Source of the DNA: Terriglobia bacterium
Lineage (GTDB): Bacteria; Acidobacteriota; Terriglobia; Bryobacterales; Bryobacteraceae
DNA: 64,000 bases
Direction: 5' to 3'
Assembly: GCA_963849535.1 (NCBI GenBank)
Contig: CAWKHJ010000004.1
Location: 195,977-259,976, forward strand
The position numbers and the translations under genes are program-made. The number at the start of each line of letters is the position of its first letter. The stretch's first letter is position 1. This document shows, piece by piece, positions 8,889 to 19,009 of the stretch. The notes under the pieces were generated by a model that was not told the DNA's origin, ran no database searches, and worked only from the letters and a program-made list of their open reading frames with translations.

Positions 8889-9080
8889 TCAGGGTTCGCG
8901 TTCGAGAAGTTCTTTCAATTTCGCCAGTTCGATATCGACTTCCTTTGAGGCGGCGTCGAATGCATTATCATCTAGAACCGGCGGCTGGAAAAACGTCATG
9001 AGGAATGTAGAGCCCTCGCCGTTTGGAATAACCCGCGCCGGAACTGTCCAGGATGCCTGCGGGTCCTTCCAAACATGATC
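8889..9080 (-). pseudogene. 3' remnant (about 64 codons) of a gene cut by the IS630 insertion (possibly SRPBCC-like)
   Basis: The coding-looking frame DHVWKDPQASWTVPARVIPNGEGSTFLMTFFQPPVLDDNAFDAASKEVDIELAKLKELLEREP* starts exactly at the IS left end. The rest of track ORF 8889..9200 is IS sequence. Confidence 0.4.
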
Positions 9081-10207
9081 TAGCAGGCCTGTCGCCGAGA
9101 AACAATTAGCATTAGAGCGGTGTCTAAGGATATGCCCTTTGTTGCCGAGGCGATCGCATTGACAGTCGACGAGCGCGTCGAGTTGGAACAAATGACGCAA
9201 TCCCGGACCTTACCTGCGGGGGATGTTTTTCGGGCGCGGCTCATTGTCATGCTCGCCAACGGCTTGCCGTACCGAACGATACAGGAGCGACTCGACACCA
9301 CGGCCCCGACGATCTCGCGTTGGAAAGAGCGGTTTGTGAAAGAGCGCATAGCGGGCCTGCTTGAGATCCGGCACCCAGGCCAGAAACCTAGCGTGATCAC
9401 GCCGGCGTTGCAGGCCAAAGTCTTAGCTGCGACACGGCGGAAGCCGAAGGATGGGGCGACTCACTGGTCCTGCCGCAAGCTAGCCGAGCAACTCGGAATC
9501 AGCAAGGACACCGTACAGCGCATCTGGCATCGGACCGGTTTGAAGCCGCATCGATTGGAGCGTTACATGGCCAGCGATGATCCGGAGTTTGAACGCAAGG
9601 CGGCTGACATCATTGGTCTATATTTGCATCCACCGCAACATGCAGCCGTGTTCTGTCTGGATGAAAGGTCGGCCATTCAGGCGCTCGACCGGCTCGACCC
9701 GGTTCTGCCGCTGTCGCCAGGGCGAGCCGAGCGCCACGGCTTTGAGTACTATCGCCACGGGACGTTGTCGCTGTATGCCGCGCTGGACGTGCGCAGCGGC
9801 AAGATACACGGCAAAACAGCAGCACGTCACACCAGCGATCAGTTCGTCGATTTCCTCGGCGAGGTCGTTGGGCTGTGCAAGCCCAAGCAGGAAATCCACG
9901 TGATCCTCGATAACCTCTCGGCCCATAAAACGCATAAAGTCGCGAGTTTCCTCGAAGACCACCCGAACCTGAAACTCCACTTCACACCAACCTATTCGTC
10001 TTGGCTCAACCAGGTCGAGATCTGGTTCTCGCGCATCGAACGCGATGTGATCGCACGTGGTGTCTTCACTTCCGTTCGTGACCTCTCCCGCAAGCTCATC
10101 CGCTACGTTCGCGCCTACTCAAAAATAGCCCGACCATTTCGGTGGAAGTATTCTGATCCCCACCATCGAGTCAAACCATGCTAATGACTTCACTGAGACA
10201 ACACTAG
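9080..10207 (+). mobile_element. IS630-family insertion sequence, complete
   Basis: It has a single DDE transposase ORF. The imperfect terminal inverted repeats are TAGCAGGCCTGTCGCCGAGAAACAATTAGC (left) and GCTAATGACTTCACTGAGACAACACTA (right), with TA at both junctions. Confidence 0.8.
9120..10184 (+). CDS. IS630 family transposase
   Basis: 354 aa with an N-terminal HTH (LPYRTIQERLDTTAPTISRWKERF) and a C-terminal DDE region (ILDNLSAHKT...TPTYSSWLNQVEIWFSRIE). Confidence 0.9.
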   Translation: MSKDMPFVAEAIALTVDERVELEQMTQSRTLPAGDVFRARLIVMLANGLPYRTIQERLDTTAPTISRWKERFVKERIAGLLEIRHPGQKPSVITPALQAKVLAATRRKPKDGATHWSCRKLAEQLGISKDTVQRIWHRTGLKPHRLERYMASDDPEFERKAADIIGLYLHPPQHAAVFCLDERSAIQALDRLDPVLPLSPGRAERHGFEYYRHGTLSLYAALDVRSGKIHGKTAARHTSDQFVDFLGEVVGLCKPKQEIHVILDNLSAHKTHKVASFLEDHPNLKLHFTPTYSSWLNQVEIWFSRIERDVIARGVFTSVRDLSRKLIRYVRAYSKIARPFRWKYSDPHHRVKPC

Positions 10208-10283
10208 CCGGATGACAGACGCCGTTCCAAGGCCACGCTGGAACTTCGGAGCCGCTGACCTTCCGCTAGGCTTCCTTTGTCCC

Positions 10284-10934
10284 TTATATATGTGCACTGG
10301 TACTATGCCAATGGAAGAGCTTATGGGTAATCTTCCATTCGCCGCTCACTCTGAGTAAGGTGAACACGTCGGAGGCGCGGACGTTGCCGCCCGCGAGTTT
10401 GCCTGACCAGCGCTGCACGTCCAGGTGCACGATCGCAATCGTCTCGATAATCTCGATCCGTGCGAAGCGCGGTTCGAGATTCGGTGCCGGACCATTCCTC
10501 GTGATCCACTCGAACACGTGTTCAATCGAACCACTGTATTCGACCCCTTGGCAATATCCTGAGATGGTAGCCTCCGGGTGGAAGGCAGGACGCATGAGTT
10601 CACCGTCACCCGCGCGAGCGCCCGCAATGTAAAGATGCATCGTCCGAGTGATCGCGTCATGATCGACCAGATAGGCGTTGGCGGATGACTCCGGCTGGAA
10701 CTGCCGGACTTCATCCTCAGGTATTCGGCCTGGATACTTCGTGCGTAACTGATGCCACGCTTCGATCTCGTGCCTGAAGGCGAAAACGGTGTCCTGCTTC
10801 TGGTGCCCACGGCGGTGGACCGGCATACCGTCCCTCGCCTCCCAGCGGCGCACAGTGCGCTCGCTGCGTTCGAGGTAGGCCGCTATCTGCTTCCACGACT
10901 CAAGCGTCTTCTGCGGTGTGTTTCGCTCAGACAT
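10284..10934 (-). CDS. HTH domain fused to NTF2-like (putative lumazine-binding/SnoaL-like) domain
   Basis: The N-terminal HTH reads SWKQIAAYLERSERTVRRWEARDGMPVHR. The C-terminal ~125 aa are paralogous to 11056..11442 (shared LMRPAFHP, NGPAPN, FHWH). The start is placed at ATG 10934. Confidence 0.6.
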   Translation of the reverse strand: MSERNTPQKTLESWKQIAAYLERSERTVRRWEARDGMPVHRRGHQKQDTVFAFRHEIEAWHQLRTKYPGRIPEDEVRQFQPESSANAYLVDHDAITRTMHLYIAGARAGDGELMRPAFHPEATISGYCQGVEYSGSIEHVFEWITRNGPAPNLEPRFARIEIIETIAIVHLDVQRWSGKLAGGNVRASDVFTLLRVSGEWKITHKLFHWHSTSAHI

Positions 10935-11055
10935 ACACAAGCCTCGCTGAAGAAATATATCACGAATTTGCGCAATGCTGTCCGAATTTGCGTGGCCGAC
11001 TTTTACCAGCTTTGTCCGTTGACGCCGTCGTCTGCCAGACCCTACTGTTGTATCC

Positions 11056-11442
11056 ATGGGAACCAGTAAATACCCGACTGAGTACGACGAAATCGTGAAC
11101 ACCATGCAAATGTACATCGATGGAAGTAAGCAGGGAAAAAGCGACCTTATGCGTCCCGCGTTTCATCCGCATGCCTCTTTCTTCGGCTACGCCGACGAAC
11201 AACTTGCCATTGGAACACCATTTCTCTTCGACTGGATCGACAAGAACGGTCCCGCTCCGAATATTCAAGCTCGCCTGGTGAGCGTCGACATACTGGAATC
11301 CATCGCGGTCGTTCGACTGGAGGTCGCTGATTGGTCGGGCACCTTGGCTGGTTCTGACGTACGCATGTCCGATCTCTTCACGCTCCTCAAAACGCCCAGT
11401 GGGTGGAAAATTATCCAGAAGGCGTTTCACTGGCACGCCTGA
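11056..11442 (+). CDS. NTF2-like (putative lumazine-binding) family protein
   Basis: 128 aa with MQMYIDGSKQGKSDLMRPAFHPHASFFGY...WIDKNGPAPNIQARLVSVDI...GWKIIQKAFHWHA, the SnoaL_3-like pattern. Confidence 0.65.
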   Translation: MGTSKYPTEYDEIVNTMQMYIDGSKQGKSDLMRPAFHPHASFFGYADEQLAIGTPFLFDWIDKNGPAPNIQARLVSVDILESIAVVRLEVADWSGTLAGSDVRMSDLFTLLKTPSGWKIIQKAFHWHA

Positions 11443-11755
11443 GAGCCAACATTCGTTAAGAAAGCTGTAGTTGGCGACTTGCAAGTACGACGGCAAAGCG
11501 CACAACGCTGGATTCGGGGCCTTCAGTACCCCCAGGATCATCACAGATCGAATTGAAAGGGCTTACCACAGGAATCCCAGCCGTCCAACATCGGCGGAAG
11601 ATATAGAGCGTAAGTCACCTTTTGGCTTACCCTCAGCTAACGTGCAGCTAATCTCGGCTGCATTGATTCAGCGCACTGCCTGGCGAGATCTGTCTGGCTG
11701 TTTGCTGCTGAGTCTAAAAACAACAAATATTTGTAATTGAAAGGAGAGATAGAAC

Positions 11756-12253
11756 ATGCGTAAGGTTTTGATTCTGTTTTTAACGGTCACTCCGTGGCTC
11801 TTCCCCCAGGACAGCGCTTCAGGGCATCGCTGTAGAGCCGTAGGTGGGTCGATCCTGACTAATTTCATTGACGCGACCGACACCCTTGGCACCGCGACGG
11901 GTGACTTCAAGGGCGGCCTTGGTGTACACGTCAACAGCGTGACAGCAGGGCCAAACGGCGCCACCGTCTTGCACAACCATCATCATTGGGTGACCGAGGC
12001 AGGCGATACGATTCTGTTTGACGATGCTGATGCGACACTATTTCCGACACCTGTTCCGGGCCTGTTTGCAGGGAGTTACATCAACGGAATAAAGATCATC
12101 GGCGGAACGGGCCGCTTTGAAAATGCTGCGGGGAATCTGACATCAACCTACGGGGCCGTGGATCTCAACAAGGGCCAAGTCATCCTTCGCTATGCGGGTC
12201 ATGTCTGCTTGGCTCCATCGGAAGCACTGCGATCCGATTCTCAGAGTCAGTGA
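11756..12253 (+). CDS. hypothetical secreted protein
   Basis: 165-aa ORF with an N-terminal hydrophobic leader (MRKVLILFLTVTPWLF) and a GGTGRFENAAG motif. GGAGAG lies upstream. I recognise no family. Confidence 0.45.
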   Translation: MRKVLILFLTVTPWLFPQDSASGHRCRAVGGSILTNFIDATDTLGTATGDFKGGLGVHVNSVTAGPNGATVLHNHHHWVTEAGDTILFDDADATLFPTPVPGLFAGSYINGIKIIGGTGRFENAAGNLTSTYGAVDLNKGQVILRYAGHVCLAPSEALRSDSQSQ

Positions 12254-12334
12254 GGTCAGGCTCCAGAGGAACCAGCTATCGCTCGTAGCAGCAAAATCTT
12301 GAACGTGAACACCCCCTTCACCGACAAGACGAGG

Positions 12335-12568
12335 ATGCGAATAGGATTCGCTCTCTTGGTCATGGCTCAACAAGGTCGAGATCTGGTTCTCGCGCATCGA
12401 ACGCGATGTGATCGCACGTGGTGTCTTCACTTCCGTCCGCGACCTCTCCCGCAAGCTCATTCGCTACGTTCGCGCCTACTCAAAAACAGCCCGACCATTT
12501 CGGTGGAAGTATTCTGATCCCCACCATCGAGTCAAACCATGCTAATGACTTCACTGAGACAATCCACT
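12335..12568 (+). mobile_element. 5'-truncated second copy of the IS630 element (3' end only)
   Basis: 12365-12560 matches 10010-10205 with about 5 substitutions and a 2-nt insertion. The match includes the transposase 3' end and the right terminal repeat. Confidence 0.8.
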
Positions 12569-12834
12569 AGCAGGCCGAGCGGCTTGTTTGAAAGCATCTT
12601 CATTGCCCTTTCCCCTGCCGGGTCTCGGTGTCATACCATCCATCGGTCGCGGCCTTGGCAGATTTCATGTTGACGATGGCCCACTTGGGCCAGTTCTCCG
12701 GGTCGTTATAACGCGCATCGGTGGCATTTTCGCAGCGCTGCTTCGCGAGCGCTTCCGCGCTGGGAAAGGCATCCGGTCCGGCTGATTCATACCTTCGGGT
12801 CTCACATGCTCGTGAAAGGCATCTGAGACGATCC

Positions 12835-13236
12835 TTATCTCAGGTTCTGCAAAGGTCCAGCAGCCTTGTAGGTGTTGATGACGATGCCGGAAGGCAAGGC
12901 TTGCGTGCTACCTAGCGCAAATGCGCGTGGCGGGGTTCCCTCCGCAAAAAGGCGCTTCCCTTTGCCCAGCAGGACAGGATTGACCAGCAGAACCATCTCG
13001 TCTGCCAGCCCATGCTCGAGCAGCGCCGAAGTCAGCGTTGAACTGCCCGAGAGGATCAGGTCCGCACCGTCCTTCGCCTTGAGGCCACGAATGCTAAGCA
13101 CGAGGTCGGGTCCAATGCCCTCGAACGGACCCCATTCCAGGCTCTCCGGCCTGTGCGTTGCGACATACTTCGTCGCTGTATTCAGGCGGTCCGCCATCGG
13201 ACTCTTCGGCGCCTTCGGCCAGAAACCCGACGGCAT
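12835..13236 (-). pseudogene. dihydrofolate reductase family (RibD_C) gene, N-terminally truncated or frameshifted
   Basis: The 133-aa ORF covers only the C-terminal two thirds (FWPKAP..MADRLNTATKYVAT...ILSGSSTLTSALLEHGLADEMVLLVNPVLLGKGKRLF). A possible upstream continuation (..GRSTERYLGY..) lies in another frame, joined near GGGTTT at about 13220. Confidence 0.55.
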
Positions 13237-13729
13237 GCCTCAACCGCTGTTTGTAGCCGAGATACCGTTCGGTCGATCTTCCGTTGGGGCTTATTGACGG
13301 ATACATTTCCTTCGAAGAGCCTGCAGTCACGTTCCATGTTGCTGAGGCATCAGGTTTACAGATTGAAAGCTGGTCATCGACGCAGTTTACACCAGTATGG
13401 GAAGCGTGTTCGCCGAAACGATTTGTGACTCGCAAATTAAGTACTCATCCCAAGCTCGGTTGAAAAGCGGAATGCGAGGTCGTCACTCCACATGAACGCC
13501 TAGTCGGGATGTCGGAAACGTCATGCGACAGTTAGTGCCGGCAAGCCGGCATGGCATCTGGAATCGGGTTGACAGAAGCCAGCTGCGTTTATCAGGACTT
13601 TTCTGCTCAGTTTCCGGTTGGCCCGTGATCCGGGATTATCGTAAGCGTACGGTGACGAACGCATTGACAGGAAGGCTGTTGTCCTTATTGCTTTGAGGCA
13701 TCGTAAATAAATGCGCTCATTTGGGTGCC

Positions 13730-14767
13730 CTAATTTGCAGAGGAAAGCTCCTCCAGGAAGGCTTCACACGCCGAAGGAGGTGTGAACATTTGGACCAAAT
13801 AGAGGTACGGCACCGAATAGTTAGTACCGCTAATCGCGTATATGCGGCCGTGAACGTCTCTGGCGGCGCCTAGAACACTCCTTGGCATCGACATCGGAGA
13901 AGCCGTCGACCAGCTGTTTGTCGCTGGGTTGTAAGCTTCTACGACTCTGAGGGCTTTCGAATTGGACTCGCCCCCAATTGCGTAGATGATACCATTGAGA
14001 GCTACACCTGCGGTCAGATTGGTGCGGGCGGTCGGCATTGAAGCGCGTCTCGACCATAGGTTTGTGATCGGATTGTATGCCTCGACCACAGACAGAAGAT
14101 TACCCGAAGCAGCTCCGCCGCAAATCGTATAAATTTGACCATCGGTGGCCAACTTCGCGGCAAAACCTTGTAGCGGAGTAGGCATAGGGCGCGGCAACAT
14201 TCCAAGTTCGCGTAGGGAGATCGAATACCTCTACGACGCCTGAACCGGGCTAGCGCCGGACAGATTACCTCCAATTGCATAGATCCGGCCGCCCGCTGCA
14301 ACCGCCGCCAGATTGTTGCGCGGAGTTGGCATAGCCGGCAGTTCTGTCCATGTATCCGTTTTCGGATTGTAGACTTCTACGGCGTTTGTGTTTACGGTGT
14401 TATAACCTCCTATAGCGTAAATCAGTCCACCTGTCGTCGCGATCCCCAGGTTGTAACGTGGGGTCGGCATTGGCGCCCCGAAGGACCACGAGTTAGTGGC
14501 TGGATCGAAGATCTCGACATTCGTTATACCAAGAAAAGGAGGGGGCACACGATCTTGACCGCCTATAGCGTAAATGCGACTGTCAGGCCCCAATACGACA
14601 CCTAACTGATCCCGCGCCGTCGGCATTGACGACACATTAGACCAAGTCCCCTGCGCAAACGCATTGACAGCGTTGAGCAACGGAAAAACTGTAAGCGCAA
14701 AGAGGCAAATACTTTGTGAACCCAGAGCCAAGCTCAAGGGGCGGCGCTTATGGCAACTGATTTTCAT
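13730..14767 (-). pseudogene. six-blade Kelch-repeat secreted protein, interrupted by an out-of-frame segment with an in-frame TAG
   Basis: Track ORFs 14231..14815 and 13730..14200 are in the same frame and carry 3+3 IYAIGG Kelch blades. The ~60 nt between them read correctly only in the +1 frame (GSGVVEVFDLPTRTWNVAAP). There is a signal peptide from MKISCHKRRPLSLALG. Confidence 0.75.
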
Positions 14768-15004
14768 AACATTTCCTTTCGATTTTGCATTTGATTTTGA
14801 CGGTGCTACAAGCACCGCCGAGCAGATAACAGTTGAAGTTCCGTTACGTGCGTCTGAATATGCCGGTAGATTGGCAGTCCTTACGAGTTTTTTTCAGAAT
14901 TCCTTCCATATTTCGCAACAAGGCCGGATCGGGCTGCTCTCCTCAACGGCAGAAGTGAATTGATCGGACGCCCTGCCGACGCGTTGAATCCCGGAGTTAT
15001 ACTA

Positions 15005-18000
15005 ATGGCTCGCCGGAGGGACAACATGGTTCATCGGAAGGGCCGTTTCGATGTAAGGTCTTTGGGTTTGAGGTTTAAATACTGGCTGTCCCTGACACTT
15101 CTCTGTATGTTTGCCGGGCCGGCGCTTGCCGAAACCCAAACGCTCCTTGTCCACTCGCATCGCACTATTCGGGGTGACCTCGCCTCGGAGGCCAAAAATA
15201 GCTACGACATTCCGATCGTAATAGGACAGTACGTGCGCTTGCAACAGGTCGTAGGTTCGCCGGCCAAGCAGCAGATCGAAGGCTCAAAAACAGCTCCTGC
15301 GACGGTTGCTTGGATCGCGCCGGGGGAACTCGCGTATATATCAGCAATCGGCGAGTCCGAAGGTGTATACCGCCTCGACGTCAAGGCCTCTATCTCCGGC
15401 GCTCACGGTCAGTACTCGATCACGGTCGAAGCGATCCGTAACGCACTCACGAATGATCGGCCGTACATTACGCAAGAACCATCTCTGGCAAGGCAAAAGA
15501 CTCCTTCGGGAGCAGAAGACCGAAGCTTATAAACGAGCGATCATGATTTTTCGGCGATCACTCGCACTTTCCCAACCGGTACACGACGGCACGTTGGAAG
15601 CGGAAGGGTTGATGCGAATCGGTGAAGCTTACGCTGCTTTGAGTGACAGCAAAAAGGCCCTCGATTGCTTCAACCAGGCGCTTGCAATTTGGCAGCTCGT
15701 CGGAGATCCCCGCGGTGAATCAGAAACACTGGATAACATCGGGGGCAGCTTTTTCTACCTTGGTGACCGTGCGCAGGCAATCAAGTATTTGAATGATGCC
15801 CTTCAAGTGAGCCGCTCTGCCACATTCGCGCGCGGCGAAGCTAGCGCGCTGAACGATCTTGGAGTGGTGTATAGCGGTTTCGGGGATTATCAGAAGGCAA
15901 TCGATTACCTGCAGCAAGCTTTAGCTCTCGATGCCGATTTGGGCGACCGCCGGAGTGAAGGGCAGGCGCTCGTGAGCGTTGGCAATGTCCGCCATGGGCT
16001 TGGCATGCAAGATCAAGCAATAGACGCCTTTGATCATGCGCTTCCTTTGATCCGCTCCAGTCATGACAGATACGCTGAAGCCGTAGCGCTCAACGACATC
16101 GCTGCGGCGTACTCGGCAGTTGGGAAAAAGCAGAACGCTCTTGATTCGTATAGGCAGGCACTGCCAATGGAGCGCGAGGTTGGCGATCGCCAGGGAGAAG
16201 CCAACACGCTTTCCAATCTCGGAAGCATCTACGAAGATCTCGGCGATCTGCCCACCGCACTTGAGCACTACCGACGCGCTCTTGTCCTGGCGAAGGCAAT
16301 TGAGGACCGCCAACTTGAAATGGTCGTGCAGGTCTATGAAGCCAGCATTGATGAAGAGATGGGGGATGTGCAGAGTGCGTTAGAGCATTTGCAGCGTTCT
16401 ATGGCTCTGAGCGAGGCGATTCATGACCGGCGCTGGCAGGGAATCATCCTCAACAACACTGGTCATGCTGAAGCTCGGATGGGGGATAATCAGCAGGCGC
16501 TGAAACTTTACGCCGAAGCACTTACAGTAAGGCGTGAACTCGAAAACCCATCGGATATAGCCATCACTCTGGCCAATGCTGCGGGTATTGATGCCACACC
16601 GGGCACGTCGATAAGGCTTTAGTAGCATACGACGAGGCGCTTGCGAATTCCCGCGTTGCCGAAGACCTCGTGCCGAGGCGATCGTACTCTTCGGAATGGC
16701 GCGTGTGAAGAGCAAAAGGGGTGACTACACCGGGGCTTGTTCACTAATGCAACGGGTAATTAGAATCGTCGAATCGATTCGAGGAAGAATCGCACTCAGG
16801 AACTACGATCATTCTACGCATCTACCACTCGTCAATACTTCGACTTTTACATCGACACATTGATGCAGCTCGATCAACTTCATACGAGTCAGGGATATGC
16901 TGCTCAGGCGCTTGAGCTATGCGAGCGGAGCCGTGCACGAAATATATTCGAGATTTTGAGCGGTAGCGGCATAGACGTACGGGAGGGTGTTGATCCCGCT
17001 CTTCTGGAAAAAGAACGCTCAATAAATCAGCAGCTCGACTATTACACTGACCGCAAGCTTCGGCTAGCCGGCAGCAATGGCAAACAGCAGGAGTTCGATA
17101 CGGGCGCGAAGTCCAATCGAAGAACCCGTATGGGAAATCGCCCTGTAAAGTTGCGATGCGTCGAACGAGTCCTCACTACGCGATTCTGACGCAGCGTCAG
17201 CCGCTTACCGCAGGTGCTATACAGCATGAGATCGCGGACGAGAATACCACTGTTCTGGAATATGCGTTGGGCGAGGCACATAGCTTTCTTTGGGTGATTG
17301 ATCCAGCCGCGATCCATTCATTCGAGATCCCGAAACGTGCTGACATCGAGCAGGTCTGTCGCGATCTATATTTAAGTGCCAAGCAGCGAGATGAAAAACG
17401 CACACTTGGTACGCCCGGGCTAGCGGAAACCTGGATCCCAAGCAACAGAGCGCCGAAACCGGCTGGCGAAGCTATTGACAGACATGATTATCAGTCCCGC
17501 CGCTCCGCTGCTCGGCAAGAAGCGATTGATCATTATCGCCGACGGCGGTTTGCAATTCATCCCGTTTGCTGCGCTTCCAGATCCAGCTTCTTCAGTTTCC
17601 AATCCGATCCCCATGATGATCTGGCATGAGATCTCGTATAGCCCGTCGGCTTCGGTTCTGGGATCACTGAGAAAGGAAACTACATCGCGAAAGTCGGCCC
17701 CAAAGCTGCTCGCCTTGATAGCTGATCCGGTCTTTGATTCCGAAGACGTGCGATTGCGACAACATGCCACTCATATCTCGACTTCGAGAACGAAGGGCGA
17801 GACCGTTCTTGGAACGCTCAATTGGCGAGACATAGGCTCGGAGCTGCGGCTTCCACGACTGCCGTTCAGTCGCTTGGAGGCTGCGTGGATCTACTCACTC
17901 GTGGGAAAAGCGGAGTGCATGAGAGCTCTTGATTTCGACGCGAGCCTGGCGACAGCAACCAGCCCCGCTATTTCGCGATATCAGGTTGTACATTTTGCAA

Positions 18001-18428
18001 CTCACGCGCTGCTGGACACGGAAGACCCGGCCCTAAGCGGTTTGGTTCTCTCTTTGTTCAATAGGCAAGGAAGGCCTCAACCTGGTTTTCTGAATTTAAA
18101 CGATATCTATAATCTGAAGCTATCGGCGGACCTGGTTGTCCTAAGCGCATGTCAAACCGGGCTCGGCAAATCCATCAATGGAGAAGGTTTGATTGGTTTA
18201 ACGCGTGGATTTATCTATGCAGGTGCGCCCCGGGTCATCGCTAGTTTGTGGAGCGTCGACGATATTGCCACTGCTGAGTTGATGAAAGAGTTCTACACGT
18301 ATTTTCTCCGGGATCACATGCGGCCAGCCGCTGCTCTTCGAAAAGCACAGATATCGCTTTGGCAGCAGAAAGCCTTTCGCTCTCCGTATTACTGGGCGCC
18401 GTTCGTTCTCCAAGGCGAATGGAAGTGA
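15005..18428 (+). pseudogene. TPR-repeat + C-terminal CHAT-domain protein, multiply frameshifted
   Basis: Homology runs continuously through at least 6 frame changes. The parts are a leader plus N-domain (15005-15480), TPRs (15490-16612), linker pieces in other frames (ALVAYDEALANSRVAEDLV; AEAIVLFGMARV...IVESIRGRIA), YFDFYIDTLMQL..ERSRARN, SPHYAILTQRQPLT..TVLEYALGEAHSFLWVI, and CHAT (VVHFATHA, LVVLSACQTG) to 18428. Confidence 0.7.
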
Positions 18429-18533
18429 GACCAGTGTCGATCCTTCAGATTGAGCGGAATCCCACAAGGCTCCGATAAATACAGTCGCGCCCAGCTTTTT
18501 TGACTATATAATGCTTTAGAACGGGGGTAAGTA

Positions 18534-19002
18534 GTGGCTCAGGGGCAGCCGGCATTGAATATGGCAGCACGTGAGGCGCTTTTTGCGAAGCTCCACGAAA
18601 GAATCCTTGGGCTCGCGACATATTTTGGTTGTGGAGATCTGTCCAAAGATGTCGCGCAGGAAACCATGCTTGTGCTGGCCAGCCGGTACGCCGCTGTCCA
18701 GCGAAATATGTTCGAGGATTTTGCAAGCTTGCGCATGCTGAATCTCCTATAACGGTTTGTGCCGCGCGTGCTGGGCGACTTGCCGTCACTCTCAGGACGA
18801 AGGGCGAGACGACGGAATTCGCCACAAATGGGGGGGGTCCGATCCTGCTGTCCTCGCCATAGACGGGGAGCTGCGTGGACGGCTCGGTCGGTGCCTGAGC
18901 CAGTGCTCGCGGCGATGCCAGGCGCTTTTTAGGCTAGATCTGGACGAAGCCAATTCAGAAAGGGTTTGTCGCAAAGGAATTTTAGCTGCTCTGCCGTCTT
19001 AG
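18534..19002 (+). pseudogene. ECF-type sigma-70 family factor, frameshifted
   Basis: A region-2-like segment ALFAKLHERILGLATYF..DLSKDVAQETMLVL is in one frame, ..RAGRLAVTLRTKGE in a second, and a region-4-like segment ..AIDGELRGRLGRCLSQ...ALFRL in a third. Confidence 0.5.
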
Positions 19003-19009
19003 GTTCGAA

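Noticed and set aside
12600-12834. The minus-strand reading ..AEALAKQRCENATDARYNDPENWPKWAIVNMKSAKAATDGWYDTETRQGKGQ* next to the truncated IS copy, considered as the missing 5' half of the gene cut at 9080.
   Set aside because: There is no start codon before the internal Met and I recognise no family. It ends in a stop before the IS junction, so it cannot be joined to the 8889-9080 remnant.
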